From: Porphyromonadaceae bacterium UBA4277
Lineage (GTDB): Bacteria > Bacteroidota > Bacteroidia > Bacteroidales > Muribaculaceae
Assembly (NCBI GenBank): GCA_002395965.1
Contig: DGVT01000121.1
Span: forward strand, 44,013 to 108,012
DNA: 64,000 bases
Direction of reading: 5' to 3'
Below the pieces are notes generated by a model that was not told the origin of the DNA, made no database searches, and saw nothing but the letters and a program-made list of their open reading frames with translations. A program made the position numbers and the translations under genes. Below are positions 21,474 through 30,737 of this stretch, piece by piece (positions within the stretch are counted from its first letter, which is position 1; each line of letters opens with the position of its first letter).

Positions 21474-21681
21474 ATTTAAGTTTATAAAGTAGCTAACATG
21501 CTCAGATAGTGCTACAAAGTTCCTCTTCGAGGCACTTTCCCGCGACATGCTGTGACCAAGCTGCGAACCCCGCTGGGGTTCTTGCATGGTCTTTAGCACA
21601 AAGTCGGGTCTTCGACCCGCCAGCGTCTTCGACGCTTTTGCTTGCTATTTTCAACATTTTATCTACTTTAGAAACTTGAAT
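21474..21681. mobile_element. MITE/REPIN-like element: imperfect terminal inverted repeats enclosing GAA-hairpin copy B (21517-21639, minus strand)
   Basis: Left end atttaagtttataaagtagctaacatgct versus reverse complement of right end attcaagtttctaaagtagataaaatgtt: 24/29 identical by manual count. Confidence 0.55.
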
Positions 21682-21724
21682 AAAAAATATGGTTCGTGGC
21701 GAGATATAGGCTATATTTCGCCCA

Positions 21725-22840
21725 TTACTCAGTCAGTGGCATGAAGTAGATGGTGCTGTCGTCGGCCAGCTCGGGGTGGAAAATCTTGAAATATTCCTTC
21801 AGCAGTCGGTCGGGGTGGAAGGGAAATTCCTCAAAAAGACGTGTCTTGTTGGTGTCGCACACATACACCCTGCGCTGCTTGAATGCCTCAAACTGGTCGT
21901 TTAGGGCATAGAACTGTTTCAGCTCGCGATAGTTGTGGATGTAGAACGACTTGATGAGCCACACATCGGCCTGCTGAGCCACAGCCAGCACCTGGTTGAA
22001 GTCGAGGTTGAGCGAGCCGGTGCTCTTGTCGTCGGCCCAGGGGTATCGGGCACCGGCATCTTGCAGGATGCGTGCCATGTAGCTCTCGCCGCCGGGCACG
22101 TTCCACACTCCGTTGATAACCATCTCGGTGAGCACGGTGGGGTGTGACTTCGCTCGTGATGCAAAGTCCTTGATGTTGTTATAGTTGGCTTCTACGGCGG
22201 CAAAGATTTCGTCGGCAGCTTCCTCTTTGCCTAACAGAAGTCCGTAGAATTTGACCCACTCGGCACGTCCTAATGGGGTGTATTCCATGTAGTCGGCACA
22301 CTCAATGATGGGTATGTTCAGGTTGTCGATTTGCCCATAAGTGGCATCCTGGTATGGCGAGAGCAGAATGCCGTCGGGTTGCATCTCGATGACTTTCTCA
22401 ATCGTAGGCGACATCGACGAGCCGCAGTCGGTAATCGTGCCGGCATCGATGCCCTGGGCAATGTCGGGGTCGGGGAAGAACTGGCTGTCGCACACGCCTT
22501 TCACTGTGCCGAACATGCCTAATTCCTTCATGATGCTGGTGTGCACGCTCGAATATACAAGTGCCTGCCGCAACGGGGTGCGCACAAGTGTGCCCTGTGG
22601 CAGCGATGCCGGCATCACCGAGTCGTAGGGCACAATCACGTAGCGGTGCAGTGCCTCGCCTTCCTTCCAGGGGTTCTTGATGGTTACGAGCGTGAAGCTG
22701 TCGCTTTTTTCTATCGTCAGCAGCCGGGCAGTGGTGATTGTGCTGTCGGCATAGCTGCCGGTAGAGGTGGTGGTAGAGCTGCTGCACGATGCCAACAGGG
22801 CCAGCAGGGTAATAATGGGTAAATAAAGAAATCTTCTCAT
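21725..22840 (-). CDS. BtuF-like ABC substrate-binding lipoprotein
   Basis: Lipobox LLASC; EYTPLGRAEWVKF, WNVPGGESY, PFHPDRLLKE; start moved to MRRFLYL (22840). Confidence 0.88.
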   Translation of the reverse strand: MRRFLYLPIITLLALLASCSSSTTTSTGSYADSTITTARLLTIEKSDSFTLVTIKNPWKEGEALHRYVIVPYDSVMPASLPQGTLVRTPLRQALVYSSVHTSIMKELGMFGTVKGVCDSQFFPDPDIAQGIDAGTITDCGSSMSPTIEKVIEMQPDGILLSPYQDATYGQIDNLNIPIIECADYMEYTPLGRAEWVKFYGLLLGKEEAADEIFAAVEANYNNIKDFASRAKSHPTVLTEMVINGVWNVPGGESYMARILQDAGARYPWADDKSTGSLNLDFNQVLAVAQQADVWLIKSFYIHNYRELKQFYALNDQFEAFKQRRVYVCDTNKTRLFEEFPFHPDRLLKEYFKIFHPELADDSTIYFMPLTE

Positions 22841-22845
22841 GGCTA

Positions 22846-23415
22846 TTAGTCGATTTTTTTTATTACACGGCAAGGATTTCCGGCAGCGAGCACTCCGTCG
22901 GGGATGTCGTGTGTCACCACCGAGCCGCCGCCTATCACGGTGTTTGACCCGATGGTCACGCCCGGCATCACGCACACGTTGCCGCCAATCCACACATTGT
23001 CGCCCACGGTGATGGGCAGTGAGTATTCTAATCCACGGTTGCGCTCGGCCACGTTAAGTGGGTGTCCGGCAGTGTAGAAGGCGCAGTTGGGGGCTACGAA
23101 CACATTGTTGCCAAAGGTTACCTTAGCCTCGTCAAGGATGATGAGGTTGGCGTTGGCAAAGAAATCTTCGCCTATGCTGATGTTAAAGCCATAGTCGCAC
23201 AAGAATGGCGAGATAATCTTAAAACGCTCGCCGGTGCTGCCCAATAGCTGCTTGATGAGGGCCTGGCGCTCGGCAACTTGCGACGGTCGCAGCCGGTTGT
23301 AGTCGAAACAGCGTTCGTGGCACTGTGTGAGCACGTTAAGCAGTGTCTCGTTGCGCGTGGCGTCATACAGCTCGCCGCTCATCATTTTCTCTAATTCGTG
23401 GCTCAAATCGCTCAT
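22846..23415 (-). CDS. Maltose/galactoside O-acetyltransferase (hexapeptide repeat)
   Basis: EKMMSGELYDA, PFLCDYGFNI, YTAGHPL, VWIGGNVCVMPGVTIG, GNPCRVIK. Confidence 0.92.
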   Translation of the reverse strand: MSDLSHELEKMMSGELYDATRNETLLNVLTQCHERCFDYNRLRPSQVAERQALIKQLLGSTGERFKIISPFLCDYGFNISIGEDFFANANLIILDEAKVTFGNNVFVAPNCAFYTAGHPLNVAERNRGLEYSLPITVGDNVWIGGNVCVMPGVTIGSNTVIGGGSVVTHDIPDGVLAAGNPCRVIKKID

Positions 23416-23590
23416 GGTGGTCGGTTGTTGTTTTATTGAGTAGCAAAATTAGTGCTTTTTCGCCTAATAGACAAATGTTGAGTGGCGGGCTACGGCAAGC
23501 CGTTAGGCCATTTGGCTTGCCGGGCGATGCGTGGAAAGTTGCAGAATTATCGGTTTTCGAAAAAAAAATTTTAATTTTGTGCCATGGTAG

Positions 23591-23620
23591 TGCAACCTTT
23601 TGCACCCGTCGTTGCGTCTA
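23591..23620 (+). promoter_or_regulatory. Putative ECF-sigma promoter
   Basis: TGCAAC(23591-96)...CGTCTA(23615-20) upstream of an operon containing an ECF sigma; the spacer is slightly long. Confidence 0.4.
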
Positions 23621-23652
23621 ATGCATGAACAATAATTAAACTTTATGATAAT

Positions 23653-24519
23653 ATGAAACGAATTATCTTTATCCTGCTGGTGGCTTTGTTCACCTTCGGT
23701 CAAGCCGATGCCGGCACTCTGTTTGAGACACGCGGCGACACCACCATCATCATCGACGGTCAGGACACAGTGCGCTTTATGGGCGTGAATGCTCTCACAC
23801 AGAAAATTACCAGCTTGCTCAACGATACTCTCGTCAATCTGAACGAGGATGGCAGCGAGGATCAATATGAAACCGAAAACCCTTTGCAGACAGGGGAGAA
23901 AATTGCCGACACAGTGGCATCAACCGCCGAGAGCATCAGCGAGTCGTTCTTTGTGGCAGTAGTGTTTATAGTGGCTCTTTCGCTGCTGTTCTACTACCTG
24001 CATCGCCGCCGTAAATACAAAATGGTGGAAAAGGCTATTGAGAACAACTATCAGCTGCCCGGCTACATTTTCGGAGTCCACCAGGAGCCCGCCCGCCCGG
24101 CTTACACACAGGCACCCACTCCGCCGCCGTTTAATGCCGATGGCATTGCTGCCCAACAGCCTGCTCAAGCCGATGCGCCGCAGAGTGCGCGGCCCGGCTA
24201 TCAAGAGCCGCCCATGCAGGTTCCCGACCGCATCAACTGGAGCCAGATGAAAGACGGCCTCACCCTTGTAGCCGTGGGCGTCGGGCTGATGCTGTTCTTC
24301 TTCGTCGTGGGGGCTACCCGGTTGGCGTGCATCTTTATTATTCTAATATTAATAGGTGCAGGAAGAATTTGGGTAAACTATAAAGACCAGCAGAATGCCA
24401 TAGAATGGGCACGCCGCCAGCAGACGTGGTATGGCACTCAGCAGCCCACATGGCAAGGCACTCAGCCGCCCATGCAGCCACAGCAACCGGCACAACCGCA
24501 ACAGCCTCCCACGCTTTGA
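23653..24519 (+). CDS. Membrane protein with Pro/Gln-rich regions (DUF6249-like)
   Basis: Signal peptide, TM-RRRKYKMVEKAIENN motif, two further TM helices; first gene of the ECF operon. Confidence 0.65.
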   Translation: MKRIIFILLVALFTFGQADAGTLFETRGDTTIIIDGQDTVRFMGVNALTQKITSLLNDTLVNLNEDGSEDQYETENPLQTGEKIADTVASTAESISESFFVAVVFIVALSLLFYYLHRRRKYKMVEKAIENNYQLPGYIFGVHQEPARPAYTQAPTPPPFNADGIAAQQPAQADAPQSARPGYQEPPMQVPDRINWSQMKDGLTLVAVGVGLMLFFFVVGATRLACIFIILILIGAGRIWVNYKDQQNAIEWARRQQTWYGTQQPTWQGTQPPMQPQQPAQPQQPPTL

Positions 24520-24522
24520 TGG

Positions 24523-24681
24523 TAATGAATAATTAATAATTAATAATGAATAATTAATAATTAATAATGAATAATGGGTCGCATTGCGCACTTGTAGTTC
24601 GCAGCTCGCAGCTACCAAGCAATGCTTGGCACTACATGACGGCTGGCCTGTATTCATAATTCTTAATTCATAATTCATAAT
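24523..24681. repeat. AT-rich heptamer arrays (TAATGAA/TAATTAA, then TTCATAA) in near-inverted orientation around a GC-rich core
   Basis: Arrays at 24523-24576 and 24651-24681. Confidence 0.75.
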
Positions 24682-24705
24682 AAAAAAAGCGTTTCCTGAA
24701 ATTTT

Positions 24706-25242
24706 ATGAAAAAACTTGATGAACTGGCTCTGATCACCCGCTGTGTGCTTGCCGACGACCGGCAGGCATTCGGGCAGCTTGTGGAGGCTTACCAGAGCCA
24801 GGTTCGCAGGTTTTTCCTCAACCTCACGTCGGGTGATGCTGCACTGAGCGACGACCTGGCTCAGGAAACGTTCATCAAGGCTTACATCAATTTGCGGTCG
24901 TTCAAAGGCATTGCTGCTTTCTCGACCTGGCTCTACCGCATAGGCTACAACGAGTTCTATTCTCACTCGCGCCGAGCCAGCGAGGAACATCTGACACAAG
25001 ACACGCCGGTTGAGGCAATAATGGGCGCGAACGACAACACTGAGGCACTCGATGCGGGCCTCACCGTGCGCGAGGCCATGAGCCGCCTGAGCGATACCGA
25101 GCGTGCTGCAGTCACGCTGTTTTATATCGAAGACAAGCCGCTCAAGCAGGTGGCACGCATCATGAGCCTGCCCGAGGGCACTGTCAAAAGTCATCTGCAT
25201 CGCGCCAAGGCGCGCATGAGTGCATTCTTGAAAAATAATTGA
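24706..25242 (+). CDS. ECF RNA polymerase sigma factor
   Basis: DDLAQETFIKAY, FSTWLYRIGYN, region 4 LPEGTVKSHLHRAK. Confidence 0.94.
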   Translation: MKKLDELALITRCVLADDRQAFGQLVEAYQSQVRRFFLNLTSGDAALSDDLAQETFIKAYINLRSFKGIAAFSTWLYRIGYNEFYSHSRRASEEHLTQDTPVEAIMGANDNTEALDAGLTVREAMSRLSDTERAAVTLFYIEDKPLKQVARIMSLPEGTVKSHLHRAKARMSAFLKNN

Positions 25243-25245
25243 GCA

Positions 25246-25554
25246 ATGAAAACAGAAGAAGATATTAAGTTGGAAGCCCTGTTGAAGGACGAGGGCTATC
25301 ATGCCGACGAAAACCCCTGGTTCACGTCGCGTCTGCTCAACCGCCTGCCGGCGCGTGAGCGCTCGGTGCGCTGGGTGTGGTGGGCAATATGTGCCGTGGC
25401 GGCAGTGATATGTGCCGCTTGCTGGTGGTGGCTCATCGACGACCATGACTACACCGTGCTCACGGTGCGCGACATGGTGGACTATGCCATCATGAGTGCA
25501 GTCACGCTCGTGTTGCTGTGGCAGTCAATCTCGGTCACCTTTTCCGGGGAATGA
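25246..25554 (+). CDS. Small 2-TM protein, putative anti-sigma factor (DUF5056-like)
   Basis: Immediately follows the ECF sigma; FTSRLLNRLP followed by two TM helices. Confidence 0.6.
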   Translation: MKTEEDIKLEALLKDEGYHADENPWFTSRLLNRLPARERSVRWVWWAICAVAAVICAACWWWLIDDHDYTVLTVRDMVDYAIMSAVTLVLLWQSISVTFSGE

Positions 25555-25575
25555 GGCGCGATGCTCTGCAATGCG

Positions 25576-26355
25576 CTATATTTGCCCGGCAAGGGCATTA
25601 TTAAACTCGGGGCTTTTCATTAAGTATATCGTTGACATTATCGCTCCAACGACTAAAAGTGCAAGCGAAATGAAAAACCACATGCGTGCATTCTGAGCTG
25701 CTTCGTCGGCTCTCTGGTAGTCGCCATAGTTATACATCGTGCGCACACTGTTGGACTTGGAAATGCCCACTATGCCGGTTATGAGGGCAATCACATTGCA
25801 GCAGCACAGCACGCTCAGAATGGTTATTGTGATGTTGGCCGCCTTCCAGTCGTTGGGCATGGGGGCTGCCGGCTGGGCATATTGCGGCTGTGCGTACTGA
25901 TGCTCGCCGTAGTATGGAACCTGGCCATATTGCTGTGCCTGGCCCTGCTGCGGCTGAGCGTATTGCTGCTGCGGCTGGGCGTACTGCTGTTGTGGCTGAG
26001 CGTATTGCTGTTGCGGCTGGGCGTACTGTTGCTGTTGCGGCTGAGCATACTGTTGCTGCTGCGGCTGGTAGGCTTCGTGCCCTGAGTCGGCTGCGGGAGC
26101 ATATTGCTGGTTGCTCGTGGCCGGCGCGTTTTGCTGGCCCTGCTCACGCGGCTGTTGTGGCTGGTAGGGTTGCCCAGCCTGCTGGACTGCCGCGCCACGC
26201 AGCAAGTTATATACTTCGGGCACCTGAGTGGCCGATGCCCAGTTGTCCATGGTTTCGTTCCACACCTGTGAGTTAACTGTCAGGCCATGCTCAAGCAGTT
26301 CCTTCAACTCAAACGGGCCGGCCGGCTGGCCATTCTCGGCAATATAATACTTCAT
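25576..26355 (-). CDS. GYF_2 (DUF4339) plus CD225/dispanin membrane protein with QQQYAQP repeats
   Basis: N-terminal YYIAENGQPAGPF...VWNETMDNW; C-terminal ILSVLCCCNVIALITGIVGISKSNSV...GDYQRADEAAQNARMW. Confidence 0.8.
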   Translation of the reverse strand: MKYYIAENGQPAGPFELKELLEHGLTVNSQVWNETMDNWASATQVPEVYNLLRGAAVQQAGQPYQPQQPREQGQQNAPATSNQQYAPAADSGHEAYQPQQQQYAQPQQQQYAQPQQQYAQPQQQYAQPQQQYAQPQQGQAQQYGQVPYYGEHQYAQPQYAQPAAPMPNDWKAANITITILSVLCCCNVIALITGIVGISKSNSVRTMYNYGDYQRADEAAQNARMWFFISLALLVVGAIMSTIYLMKSPEFNNALAGQI

Positions 26356-26590
26356 AATCCCAATAGCTTAAGTTTATCACCACAAAGTTACACACATTTT
26401 TTTATAAATGCCACTTTCGACCACGAAAAAACAAAAGTCGGTCGAAACAATGGTGACAATATCGTCCGCAATGTTGATTGCACTGACGCGGCAAATTCAA
26501 GTTTCTTCAGTGAAGGGAACGTGAAAAATTGCGTGCTAAGTGTCTTTTTTGTAATTTTGTGGGCATAAACGCGAAAACAATTAATCACTC

Positions 26591-27769
26591 ATGGAAGAAA
26601 CGGTAAGAAAGTATGACTTCGACCGCGTGGTGCGCATGGTGTTGTCGTGCATCACCGTGGCGGTGCTGATTTACGTTATTAATTATCTGTCGCCGGTGCT
26701 GCTGCCCTTTGTGATAGGCTTCATCCTGGCCTATGTGCTTGACCCAATAGTCAATTTCATCCAGAACAAGCTGCATGTGCGCAACCGGATGATTTCGGTC
26801 GTGCTCACGCTGGCGTTTGTCGTGGGCGTGATATGGTTCGCCTTGTGGCTGCTCATCCCTTATCTCATGGATGAAATAGGCAACATGGCCAAGATGCTCA
26901 CGGCCTATGCCAAGTCGTCGTTCAAGGTGCCTTATATTCCGGCGGCAGTGCACGACTACGTTCGTCAGTACGTTGACGTGCAGCAAATCTACACACTTTT
27001 CAGCAAGGAGCAGTGGATGAAGATTATCAATCAGGTGGCTACGGGCACATGGTCGTTTGTGGGTGGCACGCTAAGTGTGATTCTCAACATAGCATCGTGG
27101 CTCGTTGTGCTGCTGTATATGTTCTTCGTGATGCTCGACCTCGACAAGCTGAGCCGCGGATTGAAGGGCGCCATACCCAAGAAATACCGCCGCACGGCCT
27201 TCAAGGTGATAGGCGATGTGCAGCACACGATGAGCCGCTACTTCCGTGGCCAGGCCATGGTGTCGCTGTGTGTGGGCATAATCTTTGCCATTGAGTTTTA
27301 CATCATCGGGTTGCCCATGGCCATAGTGTTCGGCCTGATGATAGGTGTGCTGAACATGGTGCCCTATTTGCAGCTCATCTCCATCCCGGTGGCCGCATTC
27401 TTGTGCCTGGTGGCGTCGGTGGCCACCGGCGGCAGCTTCTGGGTGCTGTTTGGCTGGACTATTGCAGCCTATTGCATCTGCCAGGTGATTCAAGACGTGG
27501 TCTTGATACCGGCCATCATGAAGTCGGCCATGGGGCTTAATCCGGCCATCGTATTCTTGTCGCTATCGCTGTGGGCCTATGTGCTGGGATTCATCGGCCT
27601 GATTATAGCCTTGCCGCTAACCACACTCATTATCAGCTACTATTGTGAGTATGTCCTGCATCAGCCCTACGACCCCACCGGTGGCAAGAAGAAAAAGGAA
27701 AAGAAAAGCAAGAAGAAAGCAGCCCTGCTCGCTGCTGTCGCCGCACGCAATGATGACAATCATGCGTGA
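26591..27769 (+). CDS. AI-2E (PerM/UPF0118) family transporter
   Basis: LLPFVIGFILAYVLDPIV, YFRGQ, LNMVPY, GLNPAIVFLSL, GLIIALP. Confidence 0.9.
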   Translation: MEETVRKYDFDRVVRMVLSCITVAVLIYVINYLSPVLLPFVIGFILAYVLDPIVNFIQNKLHVRNRMISVVLTLAFVVGVIWFALWLLIPYLMDEIGNMAKMLTAYAKSSFKVPYIPAAVHDYVRQYVDVQQIYTLFSKEQWMKIINQVATGTWSFVGGTLSVILNIASWLVVLLYMFFVMLDLDKLSRGLKGAIPKKYRRTAFKVIGDVQHTMSRYFRGQAMVSLCVGIIFAIEFYIIGLPMAIVFGLMIGVLNMVPYLQLISIPVAAFLCLVASVATGGSFWVLFGWTIAAYCICQVIQDVVLIPAIMKSAMGLNPAIVFLSLSLWAYVLGFIGLIIALPLTTLIISYYCEYVLHQPYDPTGGKKKKEKKSKKKAALLAAVAARNDDNHA

Positions 27770-27875
27770 TTACGCCGGAACTTAAAAAATGGCATAAGAA
27801 ATCCCATAGTTGAGTGGATTTGCGCCAAACATTTAGTTGTAGTATTTTTGTAATTTAATTATTAAATCATGTTGT

Positions 27876-28136
27876 ATGGAAAGTTCTGTTATGGATAATC
27901 AAAAACTGACGAATGTATTGGAGACTCAGTTTGCGACATTAGCAATAGGTGCCACGGCTAAGCGTTTAGGCATCACTGCGACTGAACTTCACAATCGTTT
28001 GAAAAAGTATGGGCTTGTTAAAAGGCTCTTACTTGACTGCTATGATACATTGCATACCGAGAGTATAGAAGGTGTTGTTTGGAATGTGACCGAGGCACTT
28101 CGCAATTGGGGTGAAAAAGAAGGAGGTAAACAATGA
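27876..28136 (+). CDS. DUF3791-like small protein
   Basis: AKRLGIT...YGLV...CYDTLHTESIE pattern; AT-rich islet. Confidence 0.7.
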   Translation: MESSVMDNQKLTNVLETQFATLAIGATAKRLGITATELHNRLKKYGLVKRLLLDCYDTLHTESIEGVVWNVTEALRNWGEKEGGKQ

Positions 28137-28642
28137 TTAGATTATATCATGGTTCATATATGAGTATTCCAGCTCCACTTACCGGCGTAGGGCGTAAGGA
28201 ACTGGATTTTGGCCCGGGTTTTTATGTGACACGAATGCGTGAGCAGGCTGAGCGATGGGCCAATAGAGTCTGTGTTATACGTGCCAAGACTACGCCGATA
28301 TTATCAATATATGATTTTGACGAAGAAAAACTTCCGCCAAATACTAAGATACTCAATTTACAACGTTATGACCGTAATTGGCTTGATTTCATTACCTCAA
28401 GTAGGCGAGGCAAAGAACCATGGAAATACTACGATATTGTAGAGGGTGGTGTGGCAAATGATCAAGTCATCGATACGGTAGAGGACTATTTTTCAGGACG
28501 CATTACTGCTGAACAAGCCATTGGACAGTTGCGTTTTGCAAGCCCCACACACCAAATGTGCATTCGCAATCAGGACATTGTTGACAGGTGTCTGAGGTTT
28601 TTGGATTGTGTAATAATGCCAATGAAAGGAGGTGAAAGATGA
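28133..28642 (+). CDS. DUF3990 family protein (ADP-ribosyltransferase-like fold)
   Basis: LYHGS, DFGPGFYVT, QAERWA, WLDFI...R, YDIVEGGVAND, HQMCIRNQ. Confidence 0.8.
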   Translation: MIRLYHGSYMSIPAPLTGVGRKELDFGPGFYVTRMREQAERWANRVCVIRAKTTPILSIYDFDEEKLPPNTKILNLQRYDRNWLDFITSSRRGKEPWKYYDIVEGGVANDQVIDTVEDYFSGRITAEQAIGQLRFASPTHQMCIRNQDIVDRCLRFLDCVIMPMKGGER

Positions 28643-28839
28643 GAGACCAAGTATTATGGCGCAAGTTAGGACGCATAGCTGCCATGCTTGCCGATCGGCT
28701 TAATATCAGTTCTGAGCGAGCCTTAGATATTATGTATAATTCTCACACCTATACTTTGATTGCAAATGAAAATAGCGGTTTGCGTTTAATGAGTGATGAA
28801 TATATACTAAATGATATCTTGCGGGAATTGGAGAATTAG
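28639..28839 (+). CDS. Second DUF3791-like small protein
   Basis: LADRLNISSERALDIMYNSHTY...L..MSDEYI; ATGA overlap with the DUF3990 gene. Confidence 0.7.
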   Translation: MRDQVLWRKLGRIAAMLADRLNISSERALDIMYNSHTYTLIANENSGLRLMSDEYILNDILRELEN

Positions 28840-28861
28840 GGGTTTTGAAGGTGACCCTTGT

Positions 28862-30553
28862 TCACTTTGAGGACTGGCTTTTATCGGTGGACTCGATTCT
28901 GATAGTGTCAAAGGGGCTGTTGAATGTGAGCTGCTTGCCTGTGGCCGGATGCACAAATGTGATGCTGGTGGCATGAAGCATCAGTCGCTCGTGGGCCTGG
29001 CCGTAGAGTGTGTCGCCCACGATGGGAATGCCCAGCCCTTGCGGATGTGAGGCATGCACACGCAACTGGTGGGTGCGGCCGGTGAGCGGGGTTAGGAGCA
29101 CCCAGGTATTGCCGTGTGGCGTGTGGCGCAGCACCTCATAGGCTGTGATGGCACTTTTGCCCTTTTCGAAATCTACTACCTGCCGCGGCCTGTCGGCTGC
29201 GTTCTGCCTTAACGGCAAGTCGATAACGCCATTGCTGCCAGGCACAATGCCGTCGAGTAGTGCAACATATTTCTTGTGCACTTCGCGCTGGGCAAACTGT
29301 CGCTGCAGCTCCTTGTGCGTGTCTTTGTCCTTGGCAAACACCAGCAGTCCCGACGTCTCTTGGTCGAGGCGGTGCACCAGCACGGGCCCGGAGGCCTCGG
29401 GGTGGCGTGCCTTGTAGCGTGTGAGTGCCGAATCGCTAAGCAGCTTGCCAGGCTCCGAGAGCATTCCGGCGGGCTTGTTGACGATGGTGATCCACTGGTC
29501 GTCGTAAATCTCGGTGATGTCTTGCTCGCTGCTGCGTGCCAGCGGATTGCTTTCCACGTCGAGCCCTTGTAGCATGAAGGTGAGCAACGGCAGGCACTTG
29601 CTGCGGCATGCAGGGTAGTAGTGCCCGTGATGCCTTACTTCGCCTGTCGGCGAGGCTCCCCACCAAAACTCGGCCATGCACACCGGTTTCAGCGCTTGGT
29701 CATAAGCATATTGCAGCAGTTTTGGCGCGCAACACTCGCCCGTGCCGCCAGGTGGCATGGCCAGGTGCGGCCTGCCTGTGAGCGTGGCAAATTCCTCGAA
29801 AATCTGTCGCACCGGCCGCTGCTCTGAGCGAGCGTTAGTTACCACATACAGTTCAAACAGACGTTTCTGCAATGCCACACTCATGGCTTTCCTCTGGCTG
29901 TGCAAGGCCTCGATGGGGGCTGTGAGTTGGGCGATTTTTGCCTCGATGGCTTCGCGCTCGGCGGCATGGCGCTTCCTGATGCGCTTGAGCTCGGCCTTGT
30001 GAAACTGGCTCTCGTGAATGAGCCTCATCTCGTCTTGGGCAGTAAGTTGTGTGGTAGCCCTCAAGGTGTGGCGCCTTTCGCGGGCCGCCTCACAGTGTTG
30101 CCTGAAGTCGTCGGCTTCTTTCTCCTGGCGTGTTATGAGCGCATCCTTTTCGTCCTGCAGCTGTTTGAGTTGTGGGCTCTTTTCCAGCGCCTTGATGCGA
30201 TGACTCAGGGCAGTAATCTCCCTTTCGCCACGCTTAAACTCGCCGTCGGGGTCGAGCAGGTCGTAGATGGGCGGGACAAAGTAGGGCAGGTCGTTGCTTC
30301 CGGCTAAGATACCTGAGAAAGCAGCGAGAAAGCCAAGTTCGCCTGCCGAGTCGCTAACCACGAGCACGCCCAGCATCTTGCCTGCGTTCAGGTCGTTGAG
30401 CCACTCGTGGTGTGTGGCCACTTGACGCATCACCTGCTCGGCAGCCAGCACGCTCAGCCGGTGAGGCACATAATGGAATGGCCATGTAAACTGCCTTGGC
30501 CGTGCCATGCCGGCCGTGTCGCAGTCGAATCGGTGTAGCCTGTTGTCGCTCAT
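28862..30553 (-). CDS. RluA-family pseudouridine synthase with long N-terminal/coiled-coil extension
   Basis: VNKPAGMLS, VHRLDQETSGLL, TGRTHQLRVH, PIVGDTLY; N-terminal GKMLGVLVV and GECCAPKLLQYA. Confidence 0.92.
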   Translation of the reverse strand: MSDNRLHRFDCDTAGMARPRQFTWPFHYVPHRLSVLAAEQVMRQVATHHEWLNDLNAGKMLGVLVVSDSAGELGFLAAFSGILAGSNDLPYFVPPIYDLLDPDGEFKRGEREITALSHRIKALEKSPQLKQLQDEKDALITRQEKEADDFRQHCEAARERRHTLRATTQLTAQDEMRLIHESQFHKAELKRIRKRHAAEREAIEAKIAQLTAPIEALHSQRKAMSVALQKRLFELYVVTNARSEQRPVRQIFEEFATLTGRPHLAMPPGGTGECCAPKLLQYAYDQALKPVCMAEFWWGASPTGEVRHHGHYYPACRSKCLPLLTFMLQGLDVESNPLARSSEQDITEIYDDQWITIVNKPAGMLSEPGKLLSDSALTRYKARHPEASGPVLVHRLDQETSGLLVFAKDKDTHKELQRQFAQREVHKKYVALLDGIVPGSNGVIDLPLRQNAADRPRQVVDFEKGKSAITAYEVLRHTPHGNTWVLLTPLTGRTHQLRVHASHPQGLGIPIVGDTLYGQAHERLMLHATSITFVHPATGKQLTFNSPFDTIRIESTDKSQSSK

Positions 30554-30561
30554 GATGCAAA

Positions 30562-30737
30562 GTTACGATTTAGCGAGTGCAGAACAAAATGAAAAACAAA
30601 GTTTTTTATTTTTTATGCCAAGCGAAAGTAACTTCGACCTTCGGTCAACGTTACGATTTAGCGAGTGCAGAACAAAATGAAAAACAAAGTTTTTTATTTT
30701 TTATGCCAAGCGAGAGTAACTTCGACCCTGGTCAAAG
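30562..30737. repeat. Tandem duplication of an 88-bp intergenic unit
   Basis: gttacgatttagcgagtgcagaacaaaatgaaaaacaaagttttttattttttatgccaagcga(a/g)agtaacttcgacc begins at 30562 and 30650. Confidence 0.9.

Noticed and set aside
22841-23600. Cobalamin riboswitch expected upstream of the Btu-like ABC genes
   Set aside because: The binding-protein gene starts 5 bp after the acetyltransferase and I saw no B12-box, so substrate specificity stays unassigned.
30562-30737. Possible CRISPR array
   Set aside because: Only two long units with no unique spacers and no cas genes; treated as a tandem duplication.
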